Virus record (IMG/VR): IMGVR_UViG_3300049926_000039
Location: 5,804 to 69,803 of that record
Strand: one strand, 5' to 3'
Source: a virus
Lineage: Duplodnaviria; Caudoviricetes
Length of the DNA stretch: 64,000 bases
Shown one piece after another: positions 37,346 through 45,756 of the stretch (position 1 is its first letter; every line of letters begins with the position of its first letter). Position numbers and translations under genes: made by a program. The notes beneath the pieces are model-generated. The model saw only the letters and a list, made by a program, of their open reading frames with translations, searched no databases and had not been told where the DNA came from.

Positions 37346-38439
37346 GTGCTCACCCCTACCTCTGGCGCAGCGCCGTTGACGTGCTGGTCGGGGGCGGCCG
37401 GCGGGGTGAATTCGCCCAGCGTCAGCCCGTGCCGCCTGCGGTAGTCCTTAACCCATAGCTCAATGGAGCGCTTCGACTTGCCTACCTCCTTGGCGAGGTC
37501 GGCGGCACGCTCACCACCCTCGACCACCCTGCGGGCGAAGACGTCACGGCGGTCCCGATCTCCGTCCTTACTGCCCCGTTCCGGGAAGTTTGGGCGGGAA
37601 TCTCGCGGCGGTGGGGCCGACGCCACGTCTACAGACGGCGGGCGGATCTCCGCCTTAACGCCGCGGGGCATGGGGGCACGCCGTTGCGGCTTCAGCCCGC
37701 CGATTAGCCGACGGTTGTAAATCGGATGCTCAGCGTCGACCAGCACGCGCTCAGCGATCAGGGCATCATCGAGAGTCGGGTACGGCTCGAAAGTCCAGCG
37801 CACGACCAGGGGGAACCACTCTGTTGACTGCGCTTTGTGGGACCGCACGCGCGCGGGAAAGTCGGCAGTCGAACCGATGTACAGCGGCGGGATGGGGTCC
37901 TCCCCGAGCGCGCGGTAGACGCCAGGCTGCCTCGCGCCGAGATCCAGATCGACCGGGACCCCTGCCGCAACGCTCGCCTCCGCCACGACCTCCACCGGGT
38001 CCGGCTGGATCGACCGCCGTCGCCGCTTCAGCTCGAAGAGGCACATCGACGTGACAACAATCAGGCCGTCCACCGACAGCGGGAGGAGGTGCGAATACTC
38101 TTCGCCGTACCGCGAAGCGACGGCCGTCATATGCCAGTACGAAACCCAGGCAGCGACCGCCCCGACGACGCCCGCAGCAACGTAGCGAATCGCCGAGGCG
38201 AGCGAACGGCCGGCGGGCATGTACGACAGGAACTCGACCACAGCGAAGAACGCAAGCGGTGCCCAGGCGGCAATGACCCTGCCCACGAGCGAAGGTTGGG
38301 CGTGCATCGCGTTCGCGAAGACGGACGCCGCGACGCCCGCCGCCAGGCCGAAGCGAACCGCCCAGACGAGGGCGCCACGGGGGGACGCGGCCCCGCCGAT
38401 CTTCGCATCTACAAGCTTCGCTTCGCTCCTGGTCTTCAT
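37342..38439 (-). CDS. DUF2637 (SpdA-like) membrane domain + GIY-YIG + HTH fusion
   Basis: VAASVFANAMHA...AWVSYWHM...LPLSVDGLIVV; GVY...LYIGST...RVRSH...IAE...PIYN; C-terminal AADLAKEVGKSKRSIELW. Confidence 0.75.
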   Translation of the reverse strand: MKTRSEAKLVDAKIGGAASPRGALVWAVRFGLAAGVAASVFANAMHAQPSLVGRVIAAWAPLAFFAVVEFLSYMPAGRSLASAIRYVAAGVVGAVAAWVSYWHMTAVASRYGEEYSHLLPLSVDGLIVVTSMCLFELKRRRRSIQPDPVEVVAEASVAAGVPVDLDLGARQPGVYRALGEDPIPPLYIGSTADFPARVRSHKAQSTEWFPLVVRWTFEPYPTLDDALIAERVLVDAEHPIYNRRLIGGLKPQRRAPMPRGVKAEIRPPSVDVASAPPPRDSRPNFPERGSKDGDRDRRDVFARRVVEGGERAADLAKEVGKSKRSIELWVKDYRRRHGLTLGEFTPPAAPDQHVNGAAPEVGVST

Positions 38440-38508
38440 GGTTTCGCAGAGTACAGGAGGCACGCGACTTGCGCGACTAACGACACTTGGTATGGCAAGA
38501 TGGTTCGC

Positions 38509-38778
38509 ATGAGCAGCGAAGCGAAGGACGCGGCCCCCGAACCCCGCGAAACGATGACGACCGAGCAGGCAGCGAAGATCCTCGACACGTCGCGTGCGAC
38601 GGTGATCCGTCTCTGCGAAGCGGGGGCCATCGAGCACCGGTGGACTTCGCCCGGGACCGGCCGCGAAGATCGCAACGGGCATCCGCTTCGCGGTCACCGC
38701 CGTCTGTACGCGGATTCGGTGCGCGCGTACGCGGGTCAGCGGGACGCTCCGACGACCCCCGAAGATTCGTCCGCCTGA
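38509..38778 (+). CDS. excisionase/BldC-like HTH regulator, divergent from transfer operon
   Basis: MTTEQAAKILDTSRATVIRLCEAG...GHRRLYADSV. Confidence 0.75.
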   Translation: MSSEAKDAAPEPRETMTTEQAAKILDTSRATVIRLCEAGAIEHRWTSPGTGREDRNGHPLRGHRRLYADSVRAYAGQRDAPTTPEDSSA

Positions 38779-38811
38779 CACCCTTGACACTTAACCGATT
38801 TCGGTTAACGT
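38776..38811 (+). promoter_or_regulatory. repeated early promoter with palindromic operator (copy 1)
   Basis: TTGACA-N16-TAACGT overlapping TTAACCGATTTCGGTTAA. Confidence 0.8.
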
Positions 38812-38849
38812 TAGGGGTGTCAGTTACCGACGCACCCCCGGGAGTCACG

Positions 38850-39752
38850 ATGACCCACCCGATCACCTTCCCGAAGACCTCCGCCGACACGTGGACCAAC
38901 CACGAGACCGGCGTAGAGATCGTTGTGTACGGCAAGGGCTACCGCGCATTCCGTCCCGCCGACACGTCGACCGGGTCCATCGGCCTCTGCCGGGAGGTTC
39001 GGACGCTGGCCGAGGCCCGCCACCACGCCGCCCGATTCATCGCCGATGTCGCCCGTCCGGCCATCGCCGAGGCGTGGGACGAGGCGCATCGGTCTGAGAT
39101 GTCGGAACGGCGCGCTGCGGCCATGGAGCGCATGGAGCGCGAGAACGCCGAGGCGATGGAGCGCGCGAGCGACCGTCAGGTCGACGCGTGGCAGGTACGG
39201 CACGAGGACACCCCGCGCGTGAGCGCCTACTGGATGATCGACGCTCGCGAGGCCGACCACGCCGAGGCGCTGGTCGAGAACACCGAGCGGCTCGCCCGTG
39301 AGGTCTCGCTGAACGGGATCAAGAACGCCCGCCCCACCGCCGCCGCACGGGTCCACTCCTGCGGCAACCCGATGACCCCGAGCGTCTTCGGCCCGCACGA
39401 CCCCACCTTCCAGTACCGCTCTCAGCCGATCTGGCTGTGCACACGATGCGACAAGTGGGAGCCCCGGGACGGATGGGACGGCCCACTGCCCGAGGCGCCG
39501 AACGAGGACGCCCACCCGTACGCCGCCGAACGTCAGCGCTCGGTCGACGGGTTCCGGGGAGCCGCTCGCAAACTGTGGCGCAACCGGGCCGAAGGTCACG
39601 AGTACCCCGACGTGTCGCGATCCCTGCGGAACACCATGCGCACCTACGCCCGCGTCGTACGCACGTGGGACGACCTCGCCGTCGTTGCCGCACAGGCCGC
39701 ACGGTCCGACGCGTACTTCGCCACCACCGACGCCTACACCTGCACGTACTGA
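38850..39752 (+). CDS. hypothetical protein
   Basis: 300 aa, RBS GGGAG. Confidence 0.65.
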   Translation: MTHPITFPKTSADTWTNHETGVEIVVYGKGYRAFRPADTSTGSIGLCREVRTLAEARHHAARFIADVARPAIAEAWDEAHRSEMSERRAAAMERMERENAEAMERASDRQVDAWQVRHEDTPRVSAYWMIDAREADHAEALVENTERLAREVSLNGIKNARPTAAARVHSCGNPMTPSVFGPHDPTFQYRSQPIWLCTRCDKWEPRDGWDGPLPEAPNEDAHPYAAERQRSVDGFRGAARKLWRNRAEGHEYPDVSRSLRNTMRTYARVVRTWDDLAVVAAQAARSDAYFATTDAYTCTY

Positions 39753-39774
39753 TCGCCCGGGGAAGGGGACCACC

Positions 39775-39996
39775 ATGGCTCGCGCAGAGATAGATCTAAA
39801 CACGCTCAAGATCGGTGACTGCGTGGTCATCAGTGGCGGCGGCACCACCCAAGGATTCGGGTGGAAGACGCGGATCAAGCGCATCACCCCCACGCTGATC
39901 GTCTGCGAGAACGGCCACCGGTTCAACCGGACTACGGGATACCCGAGCCCGCACGGCGACAACTACGCCACGATCGTCCGCGTCATCACCGACTGA
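39775..39996 (+). CDS. hypothetical protein
   Basis: 73 aa SH3-like beta pattern. Confidence 0.6.
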   Translation: MARAEIDLNTLKIGDCVVISGGGTTQGFGWKTRIKRITPTLIVCENGHRFNRTTGYPSPHGDNYATIVRVITD

Positions 39997-40025
39997 AACC
40001 CACCCTCGCCCGAAAGGATCAACCC

Positions 40026-40592
40026 GTGAAACTCTCCGACGTCAAGCCGGGCGTGGCCTACTACCACGACCCCGCCAAGGACTGGCGCGACTACGCCAGC
40101 TACCGAGCGTTCAAGATGGTCTTCGACGACGTCACCACCCGGTACGCCAAGATCGGCAGATTCCGCACTACCTACTCCCCGTCGCCGAGGGGCCAGTACC
40201 TGAAGGGAATCGCGAAGGGCGACCCCGGCGAGGAGGTGTCGGTCTACAAGCGGCAGGACCGCGAGACGTACGTGCGGTTCGCGGACCTGCACGGGCCCTG
40301 GGATGAGGCCGTCGCCGAGCGGGCAGCGGCGAGGGTCGTCCGCGACGCCGCGCGCGCTGAGGCGGACGCACGCTCGGACGCGGCGATCGCCCGGGCGGAG
40401 CGGCTGCAGGCCCGCGCCGCAGCTCTGGGGATGACCGTGACCGTCCGCGCCCGGGGCCGGGGCAGTGAGGTGGCCGTAACCATGACCGGCGATGACCTGG
40501 CAGCGTTCCTGGATCGCCTGGACGGGTCCGGCGAGGACGGCATATTCATCGTCCCGGCCGCCGAAATGCTTCAGAAGGCATCCACCGACTGA
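40026..40592 (+). CDS. hypothetical protein
   Basis: 188 aa, RBS AAAGGA. Confidence 0.6.
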   Translation: MKLSDVKPGVAYYHDPAKDWRDYASYRAFKMVFDDVTTRYAKIGRFRTTYSPSPRGQYLKGIAKGDPGEEVSVYKRQDRETYVRFADLHGPWDEAVAERAAARVVRDAARAEADARSDAAIARAERLQARAAALGMTVTVRARGRGSEVAVTMTGDDLAAFLDRLDGSGEDGIFIVPAAEMLQKASTD

Positions 40593-40645
40593 CCCACCCA
40601 CGCCCCGTCCGCGCGAGGCATCCCACCACATCAGGAAGGCTCGCC

Positions 40646-40858
40646 ATGCCTCTGACCCTGCGCACCGTCAACACCCGCAACGTCGTCACCGCGATCTCCA
40701 TCGGCGCCATCACCCTGCCGATGCTGGCCCGGGTGTTCGGCGTCGGCCAGCACGACGGCCGACTGCTCACCGCCGTAGGCACGCTGGCCGCCGCCGGCAA
40801 GCTCGAGATCGAGAAGAACGACCTGCACACCCTGCACCTGACCGGAGGTCCCCGCTGA
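40646..40858 (+). CDS. hypothetical protein
   Basis: 70 aa, RBS GGAAGG. Confidence 0.6.
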   Translation: MPLTLRTVNTRNVVTAISIGAITLPMLARVFGVGQHDGRLLTAVGTLAAAGKLEIEKNDLHTLHLTGGPR

Positions 40859-41118
40859 TGCCGATCGTCACCGGACAGTTCGACGTCATCGCCGAATTTG
40901 GCGATGCGAAGGAGCGTCGCGTCGTTGCCAGCGTCTGGCCCGCCGGCCCGTACGAGGTCTACGCCGTGTCGTGCAACGGCGACGCGCAAGGGCATGAGTG
41001 CTCCAGCCGGCAAGACATTCTGATCGAGGACGGCGACACGTGGGCAAGCCTCGACGCCGCGATCGAGTTCGCGGTGGAGCACGTCGCCGAACACGAGGAG
41101 CGCACGCCATCCCGCTGA
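40858..41118 (+). CDS. hypothetical protein
   Basis: 86 aa, TGATG coupling. Confidence 0.6.
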   Translation: MPIVTGQFDVIAEFGDAKERRVVASVWPAGPYEVYAVSCNGDAQGHECSSRQDILIEDGDTWASLDAAIEFAVEHVAEHEERTPSR

Positions 41119-41155
41119 CACCCTTGACACTCAACCGGATTCGGCAGCCCGACCG

Positions 41156-41758
41156 GTGATCCGAGTCGCTGAGATCTCTTACGAGTTGACCAAAGAGGTA
41201 CTCGCCGCAGCACACTACATTGGCAGGCCCGGTTCGACTTCCGTCCGACTTGGCCTATGGATCGACAACGCGCTCGCCGGCGTCATCACATACGGCACCA
41301 TCCCGCGCCCTAATGCGCGTGCCATCTGCGGCCCCGAGTACGCGCCTAACGTGCTAGAACTCACCCGGCTCGCGTTGTACGACTGGGCGCCCCGAAACAG
41401 CGAGTCGAGATTCATCGCCGAATCGTTCCGCCACTTGCGCATGGAACGCCCGGACATTTTTATTTTGATCTCGTACGCAGACGGGCGCCACGGCCACGTC
41501 GGCACGATCTACCAGGCGACGAACTGGATCTACACGGGGTCAAGCACGGGTGATGTGATCTACCGCTGCGAAGACGGCCGCACGCTACATCCGCGGACTG
41601 TCGGCTGGACGGACCTTCCTCCAGGAAGGTGGATACCGGCGGGCGACAAGCACCGTTACGTGCAGTTTCTGGGCACGCCGCATCGCAAGCGCGCCTTGAG
41701 ACGTGCCCTCCGCTGGCCGGATCTGCCATATCCGAAACTTGACACCCTTGACACTTAA
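41156..41758 (+). CDS. Mom-family (GNAT-fold) adenine modification enzyme
   Basis: AHY...GVITYG...LELTRL...PRNSESRFI...ISYADGRHGHVGTIYQATNWIYTG. Confidence 0.75.
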   Translation: MIRVAEISYELTKEVLAAAHYIGRPGSTSVRLGLWIDNALAGVITYGTIPRPNARAICGPEYAPNVLELTRLALYDWAPRNSESRFIAESFRHLRMERPDIFILISYADGRHGHVGTIYQATNWIYTGSSTGDVIYRCEDGRTLHPRTVGWTDLPPGRWIPAGDKHRYVQFLGTPHRKRALRRALRWPDLPYPKLDTLDT

Positions 41759-41775
41759 CCGGATTCGGTTAAGCT
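41740..41775 (+). promoter_or_regulatory. repeated early promoter with operator (copy 3; copy 2 is truncated at 41116-41144)
   Basis: TTGACA-N16-TAAGCT overlapping TTAACCGGATTCGGTTAA. Confidence 0.8.
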
Positions 41776-41967
41776 AGAGATGTAAGGCAAGCGGGACGGG
41801 AAGCGGGATCTAGGTAGACCGGGTAAGCGAGGTACCGGGCACCGAAAAGGGTGGTTCTCCACCTCTGCCGAAGCTGATCGAAATGCAGACATGAGGGCGC
41901 GTTTCCCGCGAGCCAAGCTGACAGCCCGGAAAGACGGGCACCCAAATTCTGTCAGGGAGGGCCGCCA

Positions 41968-42150
41968 ATGTTCGAGGTCGAGTACACCGAATCCCGGGAC
42001 GGGGAGATGCAGACGTTCGTTCGCCGGCACTCGTCGAAGGCCGCCGCAAACGACTTCTACGACGCGATGCGCCGCACGGGCACCCCCTCGCATCGCATTC
42101 GGAAGAACTACGACGAGCCCTGCATCTCCGAGCGGATCCCGAAGACCTGA
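41968..42150 (+). CDS. hypothetical protein
   Basis: 60 aa, RBS GGAGG. Confidence 0.6.
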   Translation: MFEVEYTESRDGEMQTFVRRHSSKAAANDFYDAMRRTGTPSHRIRKNYDEPCISERIPKT

Positions 42151-42187
42151 CCTGATCCACTACAACTCAACAGCCAAGGAGGCGGAA

Positions 42188-42415
42188 ATGCTCAACACCG
42201 ATCTTCAGCCCGGCAACTACATCACCGTCACACCCAAGGGCGAGCGCGTCTTCGAGGTGGCCGCAATTGACGACCTCAGCTCGGACATGGTGTTCGTCTG
42301 GCCGATCGACGGGCGCACCTCCGGGCAGTGGGTCTTCACCACCTTCGCCCGGATCGTCTCGGACGAGCCGGACATGGACTGCCACTGCGGGCACCCGGAA
42401 TGCGGTGCCTGCTGA
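42188..42415 (+). CDS. hypothetical protein
   Basis: 75 aa, RBS AAGGAGG. Confidence 0.6.
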   Translation: MLNTDLQPGNYITVTPKGERVFEVAAIDDLSSDMVFVWPIDGRTSGQWVFTTFARIVSDEPDMDCHCGHPECGAC

Positions 42416-42423
42416 CCTACCCG

Positions 42424-42640
42424 CCGGGGGCTTCGGCCCCCGGCCCACGGCTCCGCGGGTAATGCCTCAAACGAGGCGCGCGATGGAGAGGGTTCGACTC
42501 CCTCTCGGGCCACGGGAGCAATGCACGGTGAGCGGACCGCCCGAACGTGGGCTACCTGGTCAAAAATCCGTGGGACCTCGGGATGGAAGGAACGGCAGGC
42601 CGCAAGGCTCCGCGCGGGTTCGACTCCCGCCCCGCAGGAC
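42424..42640 (+). ncRNA. structured RNA with two tRNA-like T-arm modules lacking anticodon loops
   Basis: C(UUCG)G hairpin 42424-42443; GAGGG-TTCGACT-CCCTC 42488-42504; GCGGG-TTCGACT-CCCGC 42614-42630. Confidence 0.55.
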
Positions 42641-42790
42641 GTGATGGAAAAGCTGAGGCGGCACGGACGCGTACGGATCGTCTCAGCCGGTAGAGACCCC
42701 GGACAGACACGGGGACCTAGATACCGAGTGACGGCAGGCCGGCGTTACCCCATCGCGCACGTAACCACCGAACAGAAGGAGGTGACGCAC

Positions 42791-43069
42791 GTGCCACAAG
42801 CCAACCCGGAAGCTGCTCGACTCGCCGAAGCCCTGCGTGCCGCAATGAAGGATCAAGCCCTAAGCGGTGCTGCGCTGGCTGACGCGATCGAGCGGCTCAC
42901 GGGCGACCGGCCGCACCCCATGTGGGTGTCGCGCCGATTGTCCGGTGAGCGTCCGCTGATCAGCGTCTCGCCCGACCTGGTGACCATCGCCCGCGCGTTG
43001 GGGCTGAGCCCGCTCGTGCTCGCGATGAACGCGATCACCCCCGAACTGGTCGATAAGGTCGAGCACTGA
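42791..43069 (+). CDS. XRE/Cro-like HTH regulator
   Basis: LSGAALADAI...WVSRRLSGERP...IARALGL; RBS AAGGAGG. Confidence 0.75.
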   Translation: MPQANPEAARLAEALRAAMKDQALSGAALADAIERLTGDRPHPMWVSRRLSGERPLISVSPDLVTIARALGLSPLVLAMNAITPELVDKVEH

Positions 43070-43257
43070 TGACGTTCGGCGACGACCTGGTCATGGAACC
43101 CCTATGGATCGAGGAGGGCGACGGGCACGCCGCACCCGACAGGCCACGATCATGCTCGACGTCGCCAACCTCGCACTCGGGCACTGGCTGACCGTCGTCT
43201 CACTCACCCTGACCGCTGCGTCCGTTGCCTACTTCGCCTTCCGGAAAGGACCGACCA

Positions 43258-43533
43258 ATGCCCGAATGGCACACCGATCCACGACTGCTCGCCGCAGGCA
43301 ACGCCCGAGGACTGCCCGGAGGTGACCCCGCCGCGACGCCCGGGCCCGACGACCTTCAGAACGTCGCGGGATGGGCCAGCGTCAACCGCGACGACCTGAC
43401 CGGAGACCTCGACACCGCCGCCGCTCGCCTCGGCGTCAACGTGGCCGACTTGGTCAAGATGCGCCGCTCGCTCGGCATCGCCACCACGCACCGTCGCCCG
43501 TCCCGACTCGCCCGACTCTTCCGGAGAGGCTGA
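43258..43533 (+). CDS. hypothetical protein
   Basis: 91 aa, RBS AAAGGA. Confidence 0.55.
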   Translation: MPEWHTDPRLLAAGNARGLPGGDPAATPGPDDLQNVAGWASVNRDDLTGDLDTAAARLGVNVADLVKMRRSLGIATTHRRPSRLARLFRRG

Positions 43534-43538
43534 CCGAC

Positions 43539-43730
43539 ATGCCGCACGCAGATACCGATCCCGTGATCCTCACCTACTCGTCGGACCGCAACATCAGTTT
43601 CCACGGCACGATCGAAACCGGATACACGTGGGGCGAGTGGCGGGACATGATCGCCACACACCGGGACGAGGCGATCGATGACGCCGTTTACAACTTGATC
43701 GACATCACCGTCGTGGACGACGAGGACTGA
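43539..43730 (+). CDS. hypothetical protein
   Basis: 63 aa acidic. Confidence 0.55.
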   Translation: MPHADTDPVILTYSSDRNISFHGTIETGYTWGEWRDMIATHRDEAIDDAVYNLIDITVVDDED

Positions 43731-43732
43731 CC

Positions 43733-44059
43733 GTGGCCACCCTCAGAAAGACCGACGAGAAGCGGACCGTCAGCTTTCAGATCACCGGCGCGCTGCCGCT
43801 GAAGGAACTTCCCGGGCAACTCCACTCGCCGTGGTTCCGGCCAACCGAGGTCGCGCTGACGATCGCCGGCGGGCAGGTCATCGAACTGGAACTGTCCGGA
43901 CCCCGACGACTGCCCGCCGGATACGGCAGACCGGCCCGCGACGCCCGCGAGGCCGGTAGCCGCCGGTTCGGTCTCGTCGAACTCTCCGGGCCGAAGCTGC
44001 CTGAGATCGTCCGCCAGGCCGTGGCCGCCGTCGAGCACGCGAACGGGCGCGCGTCATGA
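43733..44059 (+). CDS. hypothetical protein
   Basis: 108 aa coupled ORF. Confidence 0.6.
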   Translation: MATLRKTDEKRTVSFQITGALPLKELPGQLHSPWFRPTEVALTIAGGQVIELELSGPRRLPAGYGRPARDAREAGSRRFGLVELSGPKLPEIVRQAVAAVEHANGRAS

Positions 44060-44481
44060 CCGCCGCGAAACGCTGGCCGCAGGTCGGGGACGCCGCCGTG
44101 GAACTGACCGCCAGCCATGGACCCGACGACCGGGACCAGGTCGGGCGAACCCTCAGGATCATGAACGTCGTCGGACCGTGGATCGTCACCGACGACGGGG
44201 GGAAGTACGACTGGGAGGGGCGCTTCCCGATGTCCGAGGGGCGCTACTCGGCCCGGCGGCTCATGGCCACCACCGACCCGCGCGTCCTTCGCGTCTACGG
44301 ACGCTCCCACCTGTCGGCGCTCGCGTCGATCACCGCCAACATCGCCAACCTCGAGCACAAGACGCCCGAGGACACGGTGGCCGCGCTCGCCCGCATCATC
44401 GCCCTCGCCGACGACTCGCGCCGCGCGATGATCGCGCTCATGGCCGAGGCGTCACGCACAGAACAGGAGAGCAGCCGGTGA
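44056..44481 (+). CDS. hypothetical protein
   Basis: 141 aa, ATGA coupling. Confidence 0.6.
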   Translation: MTAAKRWPQVGDAAVELTASHGPDDRDQVGRTLRIMNVVGPWIVTDDGGKYDWEGRFPMSEGRYSARRLMATTDPRVLRVYGRSHLSALASITANIANLEHKTPEDTVAALARIIALADDSRRAMIALMAEASRTEQESSR

Positions 44482-44690
44482 CCTACCTGCCTGAGATCTG
44501 CGTCGTATGCGGGGCCACTGCCGAGGCCATCCGTTTCCGCGTGCATACCACCACCTTCCGCGAATGGGCGATCGGCCTGTTCACCGGCCGCCATTCGTGG
44601 GTCTGGGTGTGCAGCATCGATCACGCCGAACTCGCGTTGCAGCCCTACGCCAACCAGCGCATCACACTCCGATCGGAGAGCAGCCGGTGA
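44478..44690 (+). CDS. hypothetical protein (CxxC...C..H)
   Basis: 70 aa, flanked by a 16-bp duplication. Confidence 0.55.
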   Translation: MTYLPEICVVCGATAEAIRFRVHTTTFREWAIGLFTGRHSWVWVCSIDHAELALQPYANQRITLRSESSR

Positions 44691-44914
44691 GCGGCGACAG
44701 GCGGGCGGCGAAGATCGCGGCATACGACCAGGCCGAGGCGCGGGCGGTGGACATCCTGATGTCGCACGTCGCCGAACTCGACGGGCAGGACTCGGCCGTG
44801 GCGGGCGTCGCCCTGTCGAGGTGGCTCGACCGTCAGGCGTTGAGCCGGTACGCCCTGGCCTCGCTGCTCGCCGCGGTGGCGCTGCGGCTGTACCGATCGG
44901 AGGGCGGCCGGTGA
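44687..44914 (+). CDS. hypothetical protein
   Basis: 75 aa, GTGA coupling. Confidence 0.55.
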   Translation: MSGDRRAAKIAAYDQAEARAVDILMSHVAELDGQDSAVAGVALSRWLDRQALSRYALASLLAAVALRLYRSEGGR

Positions 44915-45753
44915 GAGTCGTACGCAAGGACGGGTCTAAGAACCATTGGTACATCGACCTCGACGCCGACGGTGCGCGGGTACCCGGCGTGACCTCCATC
45001 ATCGATGCCGGGACGCCAAAGAAGGGCCTCATCAACTGGGCAGGCAACGAGACCGCCGCATACACGCTCGATCACTGGGACGAGCTCGCCAAGCTCAGCC
45101 CTGCCGCGCGACTGAAGAAGATGCAGGGCGGACGGTACGAGAACCTGGACAAGGCATCCAACCAGGGCACGGCCGTACACAAGATGGGCGAACGGATCAT
45201 TCGCGGGGAGCGAGTCACCGTCCCCGATCTACTCCTGCCCTTCGTCAAGTCGTACGTGCGATTCATCGACGAATTCCAGCTACGAGCCCGTTACGTCGAG
45301 GCGCTGGTGTACTCGGAGACGCACCAGTACTGCGGACAGCTCGACATCTTTGGCGACATCCTGCTACCCGACATGCCCGAATACGATCATCTGCCGCGCG
45401 ATGACGACGGGTTCGTCTGCGACTGCCTGATCGACGCGAAGACCGGACGAACCGGGGTCTACGGCGAGACCGCGCTGCAACTCTCGGGGTACCGGTTCGC
45501 GGAGTACATGCAGACCGACCCGCGCGATCCGGACACCGCGTTCCCGATGCCCGAGGTGACATGGACAGGCGCCGTATGGATCCGGCCGGACGGGTACTCG
45601 CTCCTGCCTGTCGTCACCGGAGAAGAGCAGTACCGGACGTTTCGCTACGTCCGCGAGGTCGGAGAGTTCGACAAGGATTCCCGCGACCTGATCGGTACGC
45701 CGATCGAGCCGCCCACCGCGTCCACCTACACGCTCGCCAAGGTTGAGGACTGA
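44911..45753 (+). CDS. PD-(D/E)XK exonuclease (RecE/Cas4-like)
   Basis: GTAVH...YCGQLD...LIDAKTG...LQLSGY. Confidence 0.8.
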   Translation: MRVVRKDGSKNHWYIDLDADGARVPGVTSIIDAGTPKKGLINWAGNETAAYTLDHWDELAKLSPAARLKKMQGGRYENLDKASNQGTAVHKMGERIIRGERVTVPDLLLPFVKSYVRFIDEFQLRARYVEALVYSETHQYCGQLDIFGDILLPDMPEYDHLPRDDDGFVCDCLIDAKTGRTGVYGETALQLSGYRFAEYMQTDPRDPDTAFPMPEVTWTGAVWIRPDGYSLLPVVTGEEQYRTFRYVREVGEFDKDSRDLIGTPIEPPTASTYTLAKVED

Positions 45754-45756
45754 CCC

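Noticed and set aside
41776-41967. Known riboswitch (c-di-GMP or c-di-AMP) in the leader
   Set aside because: Conserved riboswitch core sequences are not present; only a generic GAAA-type hairpin.
42442-42635. Functional tRNA genes
   Set aside because: No 7-nt anticodon loop, no proper D-stem and incomplete acceptor stems; kept only as tRNA-like RNA.
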